Origin: Minisyncoccota bacterium
GTDB lineage: Bacteria > Patescibacteriota > Minisyncoccia > Phycocordibacterales > Zambryskibacteraceae
Direction of reading: 5' to 3'
Assembly (NCBI GenBank): GCA_036517475.1
Contig: DATDVZ010000003.1
Location: forward strand, 56-64,055
Length of the DNA: 64,000 nucleotides
Part shown: one piece after another, positions 10,622-20,328 of the stretch
Numbering within the stretch: position 1 is the first letter of the stretch
Layout: every line of letters starts with the position of its first letter
The notes under the pieces: model-generated
Seen by the model: only the letters and a program-made list of their open reading frames with translations
Told to the model about the DNA's origin: nothing
Databases searched by the model: none
Program-made: the position numbers and the translations under genes

Positions 10622-11107
10622 TTATGGACAAGCAGTCTGAGTAGTTATGTTGACATCCAGTTCTTTTGAGGCACCGGTTGAATCAACGCACCAGAAATCA
10701 GTACCTGATGTAGGGCTCACAACATTTGTGCTTTTAAGTGCGGTTCCCGCTGCCCAAGCAGTTCTATTCGCTGCTGAATTGCAGACCGCCGTGCCACCTC
10801 CAGCTGACTCTGCGGCATTAAGTTGGGCAGCAATATTAGTATTAGCAAAGATGGTATCTGCCGCATTACAAGCAGTTCCAGTTACTAAAGCGCCATTACA
10901 GGTTGCATTGTTACTATAACAGCCGTTTGTATCGTAAAGAATTTCCGCTTGAGCTCTTGAATTTGACAGATTGCTTTTTACTGCAGCATCAGCACCCTTT
11001 GCTCTGGCGGTATTCAAAGATGCAAGTACTATTGATGAGAGTATACCGATGATGGCAATGACCACCAAAAGTTCAATTAATGTAAACCCTCTTGATAATT
11101 TTTTCAT
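10622..11107 (-). CDS. pilA: Type IV major pilin candidate
   Basis: Short leader MKKLSRG|FTLIELL; own upstream region with TATAAT; FWCVDS. Confidence 0.85.
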   Translation of the reverse strand: MKKLSRGFTLIELLVVIAIIGILSSIVLASLNTARAKGADAAVKSNLSNSRAQAEILYDTNGCYSNNATCNGALVTGTACNAADTIFANTNIAAQLNAAESAGGGTAVCNSAANRTAWAAGTALKSTNVVSPTSGTDFWCVDSTGASKELDVNITTQTACP

Positions 11108-11220
11108 AATTTATTTATAAAACTTTTATAATTAGCGCTCTCGCCAAACGCCTCGTTTTTAACGAATATGTATATTATAAAGGAGAAAAAGACTTAAAAA
11201 TGGGGCACTGTGGACAAGAA

Positions 11221-11335
11221 ATAACCAACAACTTTATAACCAATAACTCATAATAAGAATTATGTTTGTATTTAATCCTGTAATTCGTTATTTGTTATTA
11301 GTTGTTAGTTGTTAGTTGTTAGTTGTTAGTTGTTG
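11221..11335. repeat. Heptamer tandem repeat (GTTGTTA)n with loose complementary arm
   Basis: GTTGTTAGTTGTTAGTTGTTAG... just after the pilC stop. Confidence 0.7.
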
Positions 11336-11336
11336 A

Positions 11337-12548
11337 TCAGCCAGCGCTTGATGCAATGTTATAAATTGGCAAAAGTACTGATGCCAGAAGTAGCCCTACT
11401 CCAGCGCCAAGAAGAACTATCATTACCGGCTCAATGAGTGAAACGAGAGTATCAACGGCATTCATAACTTCTCTCTGATAGAACTTCGCCATAGTTTTAA
11501 GAATATTTCCCAACTCTCCAGTTTCCTCGCCGACTTTGACCATTTGAACCAAAATACCGGGAATTTCTTTGTATTGTGAAAGAGATGCTGAGAGAGAACT
11601 ACCACCCTTAACTGCAATCATGCTTTCAGATAAAATCTGTCTGTAAACGTTGCTTGAAATTACTGTACTTGTCACTTCCAGAGCTCTTAGCATCGGGATA
11701 CCGGCAATAATCATTGTATTTAGATTGTCAGACATCATTGCAAGATATAATTTGCGGTAGAGTTCTCCGATATAGGGTATCGCGAATTTGAAGTTATCCC
11801 ACGCCAGTGCTCCATCCTCAGTTCTAAAAAACCGCACGAGAAAAAAGCCGCCGACAACCAAAGCGACAAGAAGAAAAATACCATAATCAATAAGAAAATT
11901 ACTTATTCCAATTACTACTTGTGTATATACGGGTATATCTTGTCCTGAATCAATAAGGATTGCAGCAATTTTGGGCACTATCATAGTAAACATAAGAACC
12001 ATTACACCAATGAAAACTGTGACGATAAAGGCCGGATAAATTAAAGCATTTTTTGCCTTTGATGAGACCTCATAGTTTCGATCAAGGTAATCCGCAAGAA
12101 AACCAAAGGTGTCGTTGAGCTTTCCTGTTTCTTCGCCAGCCTTAACCATATTTACGTAAAAGTTTGAAAAAATTTTAGGATGTTTGGCAAGAGCTTTAGA
12201 AATAGAAGAACCTCCCTGCAAATCGTCGGCGACTTCTGTGAGTGACTGCCGCAACATTGCATTTTCTGTTTCAGATGAAATGAGCTTGAAGATCTTTAAA
12301 GCTGAAACCTGCGCTTCAAAAAGGGTAGCTAGCTGTCTTGATAAAATTACAACATCTTTTGGGCTAACTCTCTGTCCCCAAAAAAAACGCTTTTGAAAAC
12401 CAGCCCACTTCTCTTCTTGAGAATTAATTTCAGAAATAATCAAACCCCTCTTCTGAACAGAAGCGATCGCAATATCAATATTTACCGCCTCAACCGTTCC
12501 TTCTTTAACCTCACCGCTCTGATCTATAGCTTTATAGTTAAATAACAT
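11337..12548 (-). CDS. pilC: Type IV pilus platform protein (GspF family)
   Basis: Two GspF domains: MVKAGEETG, ALIYPAF, MVKVGEETG, LIEP. Confidence 0.95.
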   Translation of the reverse strand: MLFNYKAIDQSGEVKEGTVEAVNIDIAIASVQKRGLIISEINSQEEKWAGFQKRFFWGQRVSPKDVVILSRQLATLFEAQVSALKIFKLISSETENAMLRQSLTEVADDLQGGSSISKALAKHPKIFSNFYVNMVKAGEETGKLNDTFGFLADYLDRNYEVSSKAKNALIYPAFIVTVFIGVMVLMFTMIVPKIAAILIDSGQDIPVYTQVVIGISNFLIDYGIFLLVALVVGGFFLVRFFRTEDGALAWDNFKFAIPYIGELYRKLYLAMMSDNLNTMIIAGIPMLRALEVTSTVISSNVYRQILSESMIAVKGGSSLSASLSQYKEIPGILVQMVKVGEETGELGNILKTMAKFYQREVMNAVDTLVSLIEPVMIVLLGAGVGLLLASVLLPIYNIASSAG

Positions 12549-12595
12549 GATTGATTTTTCTTCAGTAAAATATATTCACTTCGTTCATTATTTTT

Positions 12596-13657
12596 CTAAA
12601 TCATCTTCTCTAAGACCTTTGGATTAAGAGAATATAAATATGCATTTTCAATTGTTATTTCACCCTTTGCAACCAAAGTAGCAAGAGAGCGGTTAAGATC
12701 AATCATTCCCCCTTCAGCACTTGTTTCAATTACAGAGTTTATCTCGTGCGTTCTCTTGTCCCTGATAAGATTTGAGATTGCGTTGTTATTGATTAAGAGT
12801 TCATAAGCTGGGATAAGCCCTCCTGAAATCCTTGGTATAAGCCTCTGCGAGAATATTCCGGCAAGCGAGCTTGAAAGCTGGGCTCTTATCTGACCCTGCT
12901 GATCAGCTGGAAAAGAGTCAATTATCCGATCAATTGTCTGCGACGCCGAGTTTGTGTGAAGGGTGGAGAGCACCAAATGTCCGGTTTCGGCCGCTGTTAC
13001 GGCCACTGATATGGTTTCCGGATCGCGCATTTCCCCTATCATTACCACATCCGCATCCTGTCTGAAAACGTGAGTAAGGGCTTTATGAAAATCAGTTGTA
13101 TCTATAGAGACTTCCCTTTGATCAATTATTGATTTTTTATCGTCAAAGAGGTATTCAATCGGATCCTCCAATGTGATGATGTGTTCCAGCCTTTCAGTGT
13201 TAATGAGCTCAATAAGTGTAGCTAGGGTTGTTGATTTGCCCTGACCTGCTGGTCCAACACAAAGAAAAAACCCCTGTTGTTTTCGGGCAAAAGTTTCAAG
13301 AATCTGCGGGAGGTTAAGTTCCTGAAGTGTCCTTATGCGTTTGGGGATAAGCCTTAAGGCAGTAGAAATTTTATTAAGACGGTAGAAAGCATTACCTCTG
13401 AATCTGACATCCTTGTGTGAAAAACTAAAATCAATTTCTTTTGTCTCCTCAAAGATTTTTTTGTTTTCCGGAGTGACCATTGAAGAAATGAATTGCTCCA
13501 TATCAGAACGTGTCAGCGCAGATTCGTTTACCAGAGGGATGAGAGACCCCGCAACCCGAATTATCGGCAGCCTACCTTCAGAAAGATGAAGGTCAGAACC
13601 ACCTTCTTTTGAAACAAGATCTATTAATTTATCCAATAATTTTGGTACTTCTGTCAT
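12596..13657 (-). CDS. pilT: Pilus retraction ATPase
   Basis: SDLHL, GPAGQGKSTT, EDPIE, GEMRD, TGHLVLSTLHT. Confidence 0.93.
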   Translation of the reverse strand: MTEVPKLLDKLIDLVSKEGGSDLHLSEGRLPIIRVAGSLIPLVNESALTRSDMEQFISSMVTPENKKIFEETKEIDFSFSHKDVRFRGNAFYRLNKISTALRLIPKRIRTLQELNLPQILETFARKQQGFFLCVGPAGQGKSTTLATLIELINTERLEHIITLEDPIEYLFDDKKSIIDQREVSIDTTDFHKALTHVFRQDADVVMIGEMRDPETISVAVTAAETGHLVLSTLHTNSASQTIDRIIDSFPADQQGQIRAQLSSSLAGIFSQRLIPRISGGLIPAYELLINNNAISNLIRDKRTHEINSVIETSAEGGMIDLNRSLATLVAKGEITIENAYLYSLNPKVLEKMI

Positions 13658-13776
13658 CCCGTTAGAAGCAGACCGCGTAGAGCGCGTCCTGACTAAAATT
13701 AGGTTGATATTTGCTCGACATTTTCATATAAATAATTTTACCATTTTTTAAGTTGCGGTCGCGGCTTCTAACGGGA
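13657..13776 (-). mobile_element. CCCGTTAGA...TCTAACGGG element upstream of pilT ATG
   Basis: 13-bp terminal inverted repeat TCCCGTTAGAAGC; fills the whole gap from the upstream stop to the ATG. Confidence 0.8.
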
Positions 13777-14166
13777 CTAGTTGTTTTTAACTATTTTAAT
13801 AACTTCCTCCACTACTTCAGAGGGAATCAGGGTTGCCTTTACAATGTATCCACTTACTCCCAGTGATTTTGCCTTTGAAATTTTTTCCTGGTCCGATTCG
13901 TTAGTTAACATAATAATTGTTGCACCTTCAGCAAGTTTTTCCTTTTTTATAGTCTCCAGAAGCTCCAACCCATCCATTCCGGGCATAATGATATCCAAAA
14001 GAATTATTTCAAACTTATCGCCATCACGCAGTCTCTGAAGTGTTTCAGCAGTATTTGCTGATGTGAATGCCTCATGCCCGGCAGCTTTAAATTTCAGGGC
14101 ATACATATCAAGGAGAAATTTGTCGTCATCCACTAGGAGAATTTTGTATTTTTTTTCTTCTGTCAT
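13777..14166 (-). CDS. Stand-alone response regulator receiver protein
   Basis: LLVDDD, LLDIIMPGMDG, MLT, YIVK. Confidence 0.92.
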   Translation of the reverse strand: MTEEKKYKILLVDDDKFLLDMYALKFKAAGHEAFTSANTAETLQRLRDGDKFEIILLDIIMPGMDGLELLETIKKEKLAEGATIIMLTNESDQEKISKAKSLGVSGYIVKATLIPSEVVEEVIKIVKNN

Positions 14167-14236
14167 ATTAGCAAAATTATATCATAGGTATAAAATCAAA
14201 TTTTCAATTATAAACATAGATAATAATTTTTCCCAT

Positions 14237-14309
14237 CAACGAACGAGTCCCGCCCCACTTTTACTCTAAAAAATTTAGAACGGAAAAGTGGGGCGGGACG
14301 AGTGAGTCT
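14237..14309. repeat. Stop-codon-anchored hairpin element after pilB
   Basis: CAACGAACGA-GTCCCGCCCCACTTTT...AAAAGTGGGGCGGGAC-GAGTGAGTCT; same ends as 10504-10621. Confidence 0.75.
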
Positions 14310-16091
14310 TTACAATGTTGCCACCTCTTCAAAAGGAATGACTCTCTTGAAAGCTTTGAGAATTGCATCTTCTTTCATAGAAATCATACCTTTCTCCCTT
14401 ACCATTTTTGAAAGCTCAATTTCAGTTCCGCCACGCAGAATAAGTGACTCTATATCTTTATCCATTTCCATAACTTCCATGACAGCGGTGCGGCCACGTG
14501 TGCCGTTTGGACAGTCTTCGGTCGCAGATATCTCGTAGACCTCTTTTCCAAACTTAATTTCATTTCTAAATTTATCGGGCAAATCTTCAAACTGCTTATC
14601 TATCATCAATTTGATGGAACCCTCCATCGGAAGCGGCTTACCAGCTCCAGGACAAAGCGTTCTTACTAACCTCTGGGCAATAACAAGAATGAGAGTTGGC
14701 GCAATAAGATAGCGGTCAACTTCCATGTCAATAAGGCGTGGCACCACGCCGGTTGCATTATTGGTGTGTATTGTTGAAAAAACAAGATGACCAGTAAGAG
14801 CGGCCTGAATGGCAAGCTGAGCAGTTTCTTTATCTCTTATTTCTCCGACCATTATCACATCCGGATCCTGACGCAAGGTGGTTCGCAATCCTGTTGCAAA
14901 AGTATATCCGATTTCTGGATGAACCTGCGATTGACTTACGCCATCCATTGTATATTCCACAGGATCTTCAAGCGAAACCACATTTTTATGATCCTTGTCT
15001 ATCTCATTAAGCATTGAATACAAGGTGGTTGATTTTCCTGATCCGGTAGGACCGGTAACCAATATTAGGCCATAGGGTTTTTCCAATGCTCTTCTTATTG
15101 TTGCCACCGCCCCTTCCGTAAGGCCAAGCTCACTAAGGGGAATGAGTCCTTTTGCTTGATCAAGAATTCTCATTTCAACTTTCTCTCCGAAGTATGCCGG
15201 AAATGTTGAAACTCTGAAGTCAATTTTTCGGTCACCGATATTGGCACTAAATCTTCCATCCTGTGGTTTTCTTTTTTCATCAAGACGTAGCTGGGATAAA
15301 ATCTTAATGCGCGCCACAACAGCTGAGTGGACTTTTGGGGGTAAAACTAAAGATGTGTTCATCACCCCGTCAATTCTGAACCTGACCCTTACATTTTCCC
15401 TCATTCTCTCAATGTGAATGTCGGAGGCATTGCCATCAATGGCATAACGCAGAATTGTGGCAACAATTTTTATGACAGGCGCATCCTCAATTATTTTTGC
15501 TTCTCCGTCCTTACCGGTTTCAGTGCTCACATCTAAATTCCCAACTTCATCAAGATTCTCCTCCTCTCGGTCTGCCTCACTTTCTACTTCAGTTTTCCTT
15601 TTTACCTTTTCATTTTTATCTCTAAGTTCAATTTCAAGTTCAGAGAGAGCTTTTGTAACCTCGCCAGAGAGTCCCTTATATGAGGATATTACCTCTTCAA
15701 AATCCACCTCACTGATAAGATATATTTTGAAGGGCATCTTAATTTTTGAAGAAATAAAATTAAGTGCATCCCTTGCTTCAAGGTTATCCGGATCAACCAT
15801 CCCGACTTCTAAAACTCCATCCTTTACCCCTATTGGGACCATTCTGTAGTGCAGAGCCGATTCCTCGGGAATGTTTTCAAGAATTTTTGTAGGAATTTCC
15901 TTGCCCCTAAGAAGTCTCGAGGGAATTTCAAGAAACTCCCCTTTTATTTTGAGTATCTCTTCCGGTTCTATTCCGCGCTCAATAAGCACTCGTTCGGGAG
16001 TAATTCCTTTAGTTTCAGCCATTTCCAATATCTCCGGAATTTCTTTTGTGTCGATTATTTTTTTGTCAGCAAGGTACTCTAAAATTCCCAT
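14310..16091 (-). CDS. pilB: Pilus assembly ATPase (GspE family)
   Basis: ASDIHIE, PQDG, GPTGSGKSTT, LRQDPD, GEIRD. Confidence 0.95.
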   Translation of the reverse strand: MGILEYLADKKIIDTKEIPEILEMAETKGITPERVLIERGIEPEEILKIKGEFLEIPSRLLRGKEIPTKILENIPEESALHYRMVPIGVKDGVLEVGMVDPDNLEARDALNFISSKIKMPFKIYLISEVDFEEVISSYKGLSGEVTKALSELEIELRDKNEKVKRKTEVESEADREEENLDEVGNLDVSTETGKDGEAKIIEDAPVIKIVATILRYAIDGNASDIHIERMRENVRVRFRIDGVMNTSLVLPPKVHSAVVARIKILSQLRLDEKRKPQDGRFSANIGDRKIDFRVSTFPAYFGEKVEMRILDQAKGLIPLSELGLTEGAVATIRRALEKPYGLILVTGPTGSGKSTTLYSMLNEIDKDHKNVVSLEDPVEYTMDGVSQSQVHPEIGYTFATGLRTTLRQDPDVIMVGEIRDKETAQLAIQAALTGHLVFSTIHTNNATGVVPRLIDMEVDRYLIAPTLILVIAQRLVRTLCPGAGKPLPMEGSIKLMIDKQFEDLPDKFRNEIKFGKEVYEISATEDCPNGTRGRTAVMEVMEMDKDIESLILRGGTEIELSKMVREKGMISMKEDAILKAFKRVIPFEEVATL

Positions 16092-16170
16092 ATAAATAAA
16101 ATTACAGGCAATAATATTGTTTAAAAATTATATCACCTTAAGACATATGCTTATGCTCTATGTTTTATGG

Positions 16171-16473
16171 CTATAGTTTTGAGAAAGGATTTTTCTTACC
16201 TCTTGGCAAGTCAGGTAAAATGGTAGAAAAATCCGTAAGCGATGTAAAACCTGGGCTTTGAAAAATACTTTGATCAAGTTTAACACTCTGAAGTTCGCTC
16301 AATAAATCAACTAAATCCTGACCCACAGATTCAGCCTGTATGGGGTTGCCATATTCGTCCATAGATATAGGTTCCTCTGTATTTTTGAAGAATAAAAACC
16401 AGATAAGAAAGACGACGAAGACTACCACAACAGTCCACAAGATTATTTTTTTTATTTTTGACTCCGGTGCCAT
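16171..16473 (-). CDS. Small membrane-anchored pilus-cluster protein (PilP position)
   Basis: N-terminal TM; C-terminal GKKNPF; follows pilO. Confidence 0.65.
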   Translation of the reverse strand: MAPESKIKKIILWTVVVVFVVFLIWFLFFKNTEEPISMDEYGNPIQAESVGQDLVDLLSELQSVKLDQSIFQSPGFTSLTDFSTILPDLPRGKKNPFSKL

Positions 16474-16500
16474 TATAAATTTTTAATTTTAAATTTAAAA

Positions 16501-17043
16501 TTATTTAATCCAATAAGTCTGAATTGTTATATCATATTCATTGATTCCGGTAATATCATCCTTGGCAGTAAACTGCAGAGTTTTCACATCTACAAGCTGC
16601 AGGCTTCTTTCAATATCACGCAGAAAGCTCACCATATTCTGATAGGTAGCTGAAAATTTAAAGCTTATGGAAGTTGTCTCATAAGGTTTTTGGCTAAGTG
16701 CCGCAATGTCTTCTCCCGCGTCAGCAATATCTCTGGTTGAAACTCCTCTAATTGCAATTCCATAAGGGCCGCCAACAGAAGCAATGTCTGAAATCAGCTT
16801 AACAGTATTGAGGTTGGAAGGAATCATTTTTTCCAGTTTTATGAGATTCTCCTTTGGCAAAGTGTTGTATTTTGAAAGCAAATCATCTCTTACTTTTTTT
16901 AGACTCTCAACTTTATCAATGGCATTTTTATACTGCTCTCTTTGCCCCTGGATGTTTTTGATCTCTTTGTACTGCGGATTGATAAAGATATAAAACAATC
17001 CGACTGAAAGAGCTATTATTAAAAATGGAAGAAGTGATCTCAT
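16501..17043 (-). CDS. pilO: PilO-like alignment protein
   Basis: TM plus coiled coil; Y..MVSFLRDIERSLQLVDV; synteny. Confidence 0.8.
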   Translation of the reverse strand: MRSLLPFLIIALSVGLFYIFINPQYKEIKNIQGQREQYKNAIDKVESLKKVRDDLLSKYNTLPKENLIKLEKMIPSNLNTVKLISDIASVGGPYGIAIRGVSTRDIADAGEDIAALSQKPYETTSISFKFSATYQNMVSFLRDIERSLQLVDVKTLQFTAKDDITGINEYDITIQTYWIK

Positions 17044-17708
17044 GGTGTTGTTGTGGCACTCGCTGGGATCGTAGATGTGGCCTGATTTGGTGGAACCCCA
17101 GGAGAAGCTGCTGGAAGTGGAAGTGAGTTGGCCCCGAAGAAAGAGGAATATGAAACCAGTTTGGGATTAATTTGAGCTTCCAATGAAAATATGACATTGC
17201 CGTCTTTATTGAGATCAAGATTTGAAAATTTTGTGCTTAAAAAATTCTGGTTTTCTGAGAGCACCTTTGCCTGCGAGGCAAGAGTCGAATAGCTTCTGGC
17301 TTCTCCGTTTAAGTTTACAGACGCTCCTCGATCATTTTGGTTAAAGGTAAAAGAAGTAAACCTCACAGTTTGCACTGTCAGTGACTCTAGGAGAGCAAAA
17401 AATGCCGAGAGAACTGTGTGATTATTTATTAGATTTTGAGCTACTTCAAAGCGGGCATTTGAACGTGAAAGCTCCTTGATTAATTCAGGCTGAAGCTCGG
17501 CTCTTGCGGCCTCCAGATCACTTTGCATTTTAGAAAAAGATCTTTCTGAGATAATTTTATAAGCAAACACAGAACCGGTTCCAAGTAGGGCAATAATAAA
17601 TATTATTATTGAAAGAGAATAAAAAAGTGAGCCTGAATAATGGCGGCTTATTGTTTCTGGCTTTTTTGGTATAAAGGAAGTGGGATCCATAAATGAACTT
17701 TGATACAT
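17040..17708 (-). CDS. pilN: PilN-like alignment protein
   Basis: TM plus coiled coil; LNGEARSY; lies between pilM and pilO. Confidence 0.7.
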   Translation of the reverse strand: MYQSSFMDPTSFIPKKPETISRHYSGSLFYSLSIIIFIIALLGTGSVFAYKIISERSFSKMQSDLEAARAELQPELIKELSRSNARFEVAQNLINNHTVLSAFFALLESLTVQTVRFTSFTFNQNDRGASVNLNGEARSYSTLASQAKVLSENQNFLSTKFSNLDLNKDGNVIFSLEAQINPKLVSYSSFFGANSLPLPAASPGVPPNQATSTIPASATTTP

Positions 17709-17861
17709 TAATTATACTGCAAAAAATAGCTATTGGCTCTACTAATCCACACCCATTTCAAGTGTATGCAAAATGCAAATTGCAAAAGACTGTTTAAAAT
17801 GCCGAAATTATCACTTCCTGCGATGCAGAACTCCACTATTTTGATTTTTGATCTTTGATTT

Positions 17862-18971
17862 TTAATTTTCTTGTAGTCCTCTTAATGCCAGCCCAACTGA
17901 AACGGCAAACTCTGGACCAGTATTTCGTAGAATTTCTTCAATAAAGGCCGGGGCCTCGGTTTTGGTAAAAGGATTTCCCGCTTCCACCTGTATTTGAAAT
18001 TTCTCCTGTGCCAGTGGCTGCAGACCCTTCAGAGAAGAGCCCCCGCCGACCAAAACCACTTTCTTTATGGCTTTATTATATTTATTCTGATAGTTGAGAA
18101 TTACCCTATTTGCCTCGTCAAAAATCCCTGATAATGCAAGATTTACAATTTCTTTTATATCAGTACCCTCGGACGAAACTGCGCCAACTCCTCTTTTTAG
18201 CACTTCAGCCTCCTTTACTGAAATACCGAGAGATTTGGAAATAATATTTGTAATTTCCTGTGAGCCGCGATTGATTGTATGGGAACTTCTTATAACGGAG
18301 TGTTCAATAACGTAGAGTTTTGTTGTTGCCGCCCCCATATCAAGAAGCATTACCGGATCATGTGTGCTCTCAAGAACAGAGCGCATACAACTGAAAATTT
18401 CAATTTCAAAAAATTTTGACTGCAATCCGGTTTTTCTCACTATTTCCTGATAGCGCGCTATGGTGTCGTTATGGATTGCTACAAGCAAAACGTCAGTTTT
18501 CTCAATATGAGTGTGACTCGAGTCTTCTTCGGGAACTTCAGGAGACGAGTCGTCTTTGGGAATAACTGACCAATCAAGAGTTACCTCTGAAATCGGCACT
18601 GGAATATATTTGCGCGCCTCCAGGGGCACCATTGCACTAAGCTGTTTTTGTGACACAAGAGGCATTTCAATCACTGACATGAGAGAAGATGAAAATGGAA
18701 TAGCCACTCCGCAGACATTGGTAGTTACATTGACTTCTTTTTCCTTCATCAGGTCAGATAGAGCCTCTACTGTTTTCTCGGGTGAGAGCGCTGTTGCTTG
18801 CCCTATTTCAAAACCAGCATAGGGGCCAAGTGCAAGCTCTCCGTAAGTTTCTAACACAGCTTTACCTCCTTTTTTGCGAAGTTGAACTATTTTAATTGAG
18901 GAGGAACCTATATCCACCCCCAAAAAGCTTCCTCCTGAACTTTTAAAAAGATTAGAAAAAAAACTAGTCAT
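17862..18971 (-). CDS. pilM: Type IV pilus assembly protein PilM
   Basis: GVDIGSSSIK, EARKYIP, LDMGA, LVGGGS, VGLALR; ATG 18971 preferred over TTG 18977. Confidence 0.93.
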   Translation of the reverse strand: MTSFFSNLFKSSGGSFLGVDIGSSSIKIVQLRKKGGKAVLETYGELALGPYAGFEIGQATALSPEKTVEALSDLMKEKEVNVTTNVCGVAIPFSSSLMSVIEMPLVSQKQLSAMVPLEARKYIPVPISEVTLDWSVIPKDDSSPEVPEEDSSHTHIEKTDVLLVAIHNDTIARYQEIVRKTGLQSKFFEIEIFSCMRSVLESTHDPVMLLDMGAATTKLYVIEHSVIRSSHTINRGSQEITNIISKSLGISVKEAEVLKRGVGAVSSEGTDIKEIVNLALSGIFDEANRVILNYQNKYNKAIKKVVLVGGGSSLKGLQPLAQEKFQIQVEAGNPFTKTEAPAFIEEILRNTGPEFAVSVGLALRGLQEN

Positions 18972-18995
18972 ACCCAATAATAGTAGTATATCAAA
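18972..18995. promoter_or_regulatory. Overlapping divergent -10 elements for leaderless pilM and comF
   Basis: 24-bp gap; TAGTAT on plus 6 nt before the comF ATG, TACTAT on minus 8 nt before the pilM ATG; no SD. Confidence 0.55.
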
Positions 18996-19655
18996 ATGCC
19001 CGAGATTTTGTTAAAAACTTTTGATTTCATCCTTGATTTATTTTTTCCGCGAAGCGCACTTGTTTTAGAACTTGAATCAATGTCGCAGAGTGTGGCGCTT
19101 TCAAAATTACCAGCACCCGAGGAAAAGCCACCAGTAGGCGCCACTTCGCTTTTTTCTTATAAAAACAGAATGGTTCGTGAGCTTATCTGGCAGATAAAAT
19201 ACAAAAACAACCAGATACTTATAGCGGGCTGCGCGAAACTTCTATACGAAGTTATTCTTGAAGATTTATCAGAGAAAAATTTTTTTGAGAATAGTATTCC
19301 CGTCTTAATACCAATACCGATGAGCCACATCAAAAGGAAAGAAAAAGGTTTTAATCAGGCAGAAAGTTTGTGCAAAGAAATAATAAAATTGGATTCACAG
19401 AACTTATTCCACTATGAACCTTCAGTGCTCCTCAAAGCTTTGGAAACTGTTTCCCAAACCAAAACAAAAAATCGTCAAGAAAGATTGAATAATTTAAAGG
19501 GCTCATTTGGTATAAGTGATCCGGAGAAAATTTCGGGTAGAAATATAATTTTGATTGATGATGTAGTTACAACTGGAGCTACAATTGCTGAAGCAAAAAA
19601 AGTTTTAAAGGGAGCACTTGTAAAAGATGTTTGCATATATTCCATTGCTCATTAA
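18996..19655 (+). CDS. comF: ComF family competence protein (PRTase fold)
   Basis: IPIP...RKEKGFNQA, IILIDDVVTTGAT. Confidence 0.9.
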   Translation: MPEILLKTFDFILDLFFPRSALVLELESMSQSVALSKLPAPEEKPPVGATSLFSYKNRMVRELIWQIKYKNNQILIAGCAKLLYEVILEDLSEKNFFENSIPVLIPIPMSHIKRKEKGFNQAESLCKEIIKLDSQNLFHYEPSVLLKALETVSQTKTKNRQERLNNLKGSFGISDPEKISGRNIILIDDVVTTGATIAEAKKVLKGALVKDVCIYSIAH

Positions 19656-19666
19656 AAAAACCCGCA

Positions 19667-20143
19667 TTAGCGGGTTATTTCTGTCAGCTTGCGGACACAT
19701 TCTCTCATCTCATCTGTTATATAAACTGAAATATTCGGGTCTCCGTCAGCACCACTTCCTGGAGAAGGAATATTTAGATAGTTTCCTGTCCTTATATATT
19801 CTCCGATCTCGGCGCAATCAGCCCTGAATTTCTGCCTTAGAATATCGCTGTATCCGCTTGTTTTTTTTACTAGTCCGAATGCCGCTTTAAGACATTCATT
19901 GTGGAGAAAAGCTGTTCCTTTAACCTGACTTCCGCCACCGTGATCTATTTCCCAGTGAAGAAACCAGCCTTGATCTGGTACCAATCCCACAAGCGTAATT
20001 GACAGTAGAGCGCACGGACCGTTAAGAATTAAGGTCTTCTTCCACTCTTCAAAATCACCTATTTCCATCTCTTGGCCTCTCTTATGCCACCAAGGAGGAC
20101 TTCTCAAAACAACCTGTATATGCAGAGGATTAATTTTCCCCAT
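19667..20143 (-). CDS. Hypothetical protein (solitary orphan)
   Basis: 158-aa ORF, SD AAAGGAG, hairpin shared with comF end. Confidence 0.65.
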   Translation of the reverse strand: MGKINPLHIQVVLRSPPWWHKRGQEMEIGDFEEWKKTLILNGPCALLSITLVGLVPDQGWFLHWEIDHGGGSQVKGTAFLHNECLKAAFGLVKKTSGYSDILRQKFRADCAEIGEYIRTGNYLNIPSPGSGADGDPNISVYITDEMRECVRKLTEITR

Positions 20144-20328
20144 TTTGCTCCTTTCGTTGTGGTAGTAATAAAATAACTTTTCTTACATCCATTAATAAAA
20201 TAGATGAAAATCACATTAATGTAAATGCGACATTATTAATTTCAAATTCTCGGGATAATGTTCAGAAGTTAGGTTGACTAGGTATAATATTTATTATATT
20301 ATTGTCTTAGAAAAAATTGGAGATAAGA

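Noticed and set aside
9132-11107. Pilin antigenic-variation cassettes or shufflon
   Set aside because: All three pilins are full length with their own starts; no recombinase or inversion sites seen.
10404-11335. Possible CRISPR array in the repeat-rich pilin spacers
   Set aside because: No regularly spaced identical repeats with unique spacers, and no cas genes in the window.
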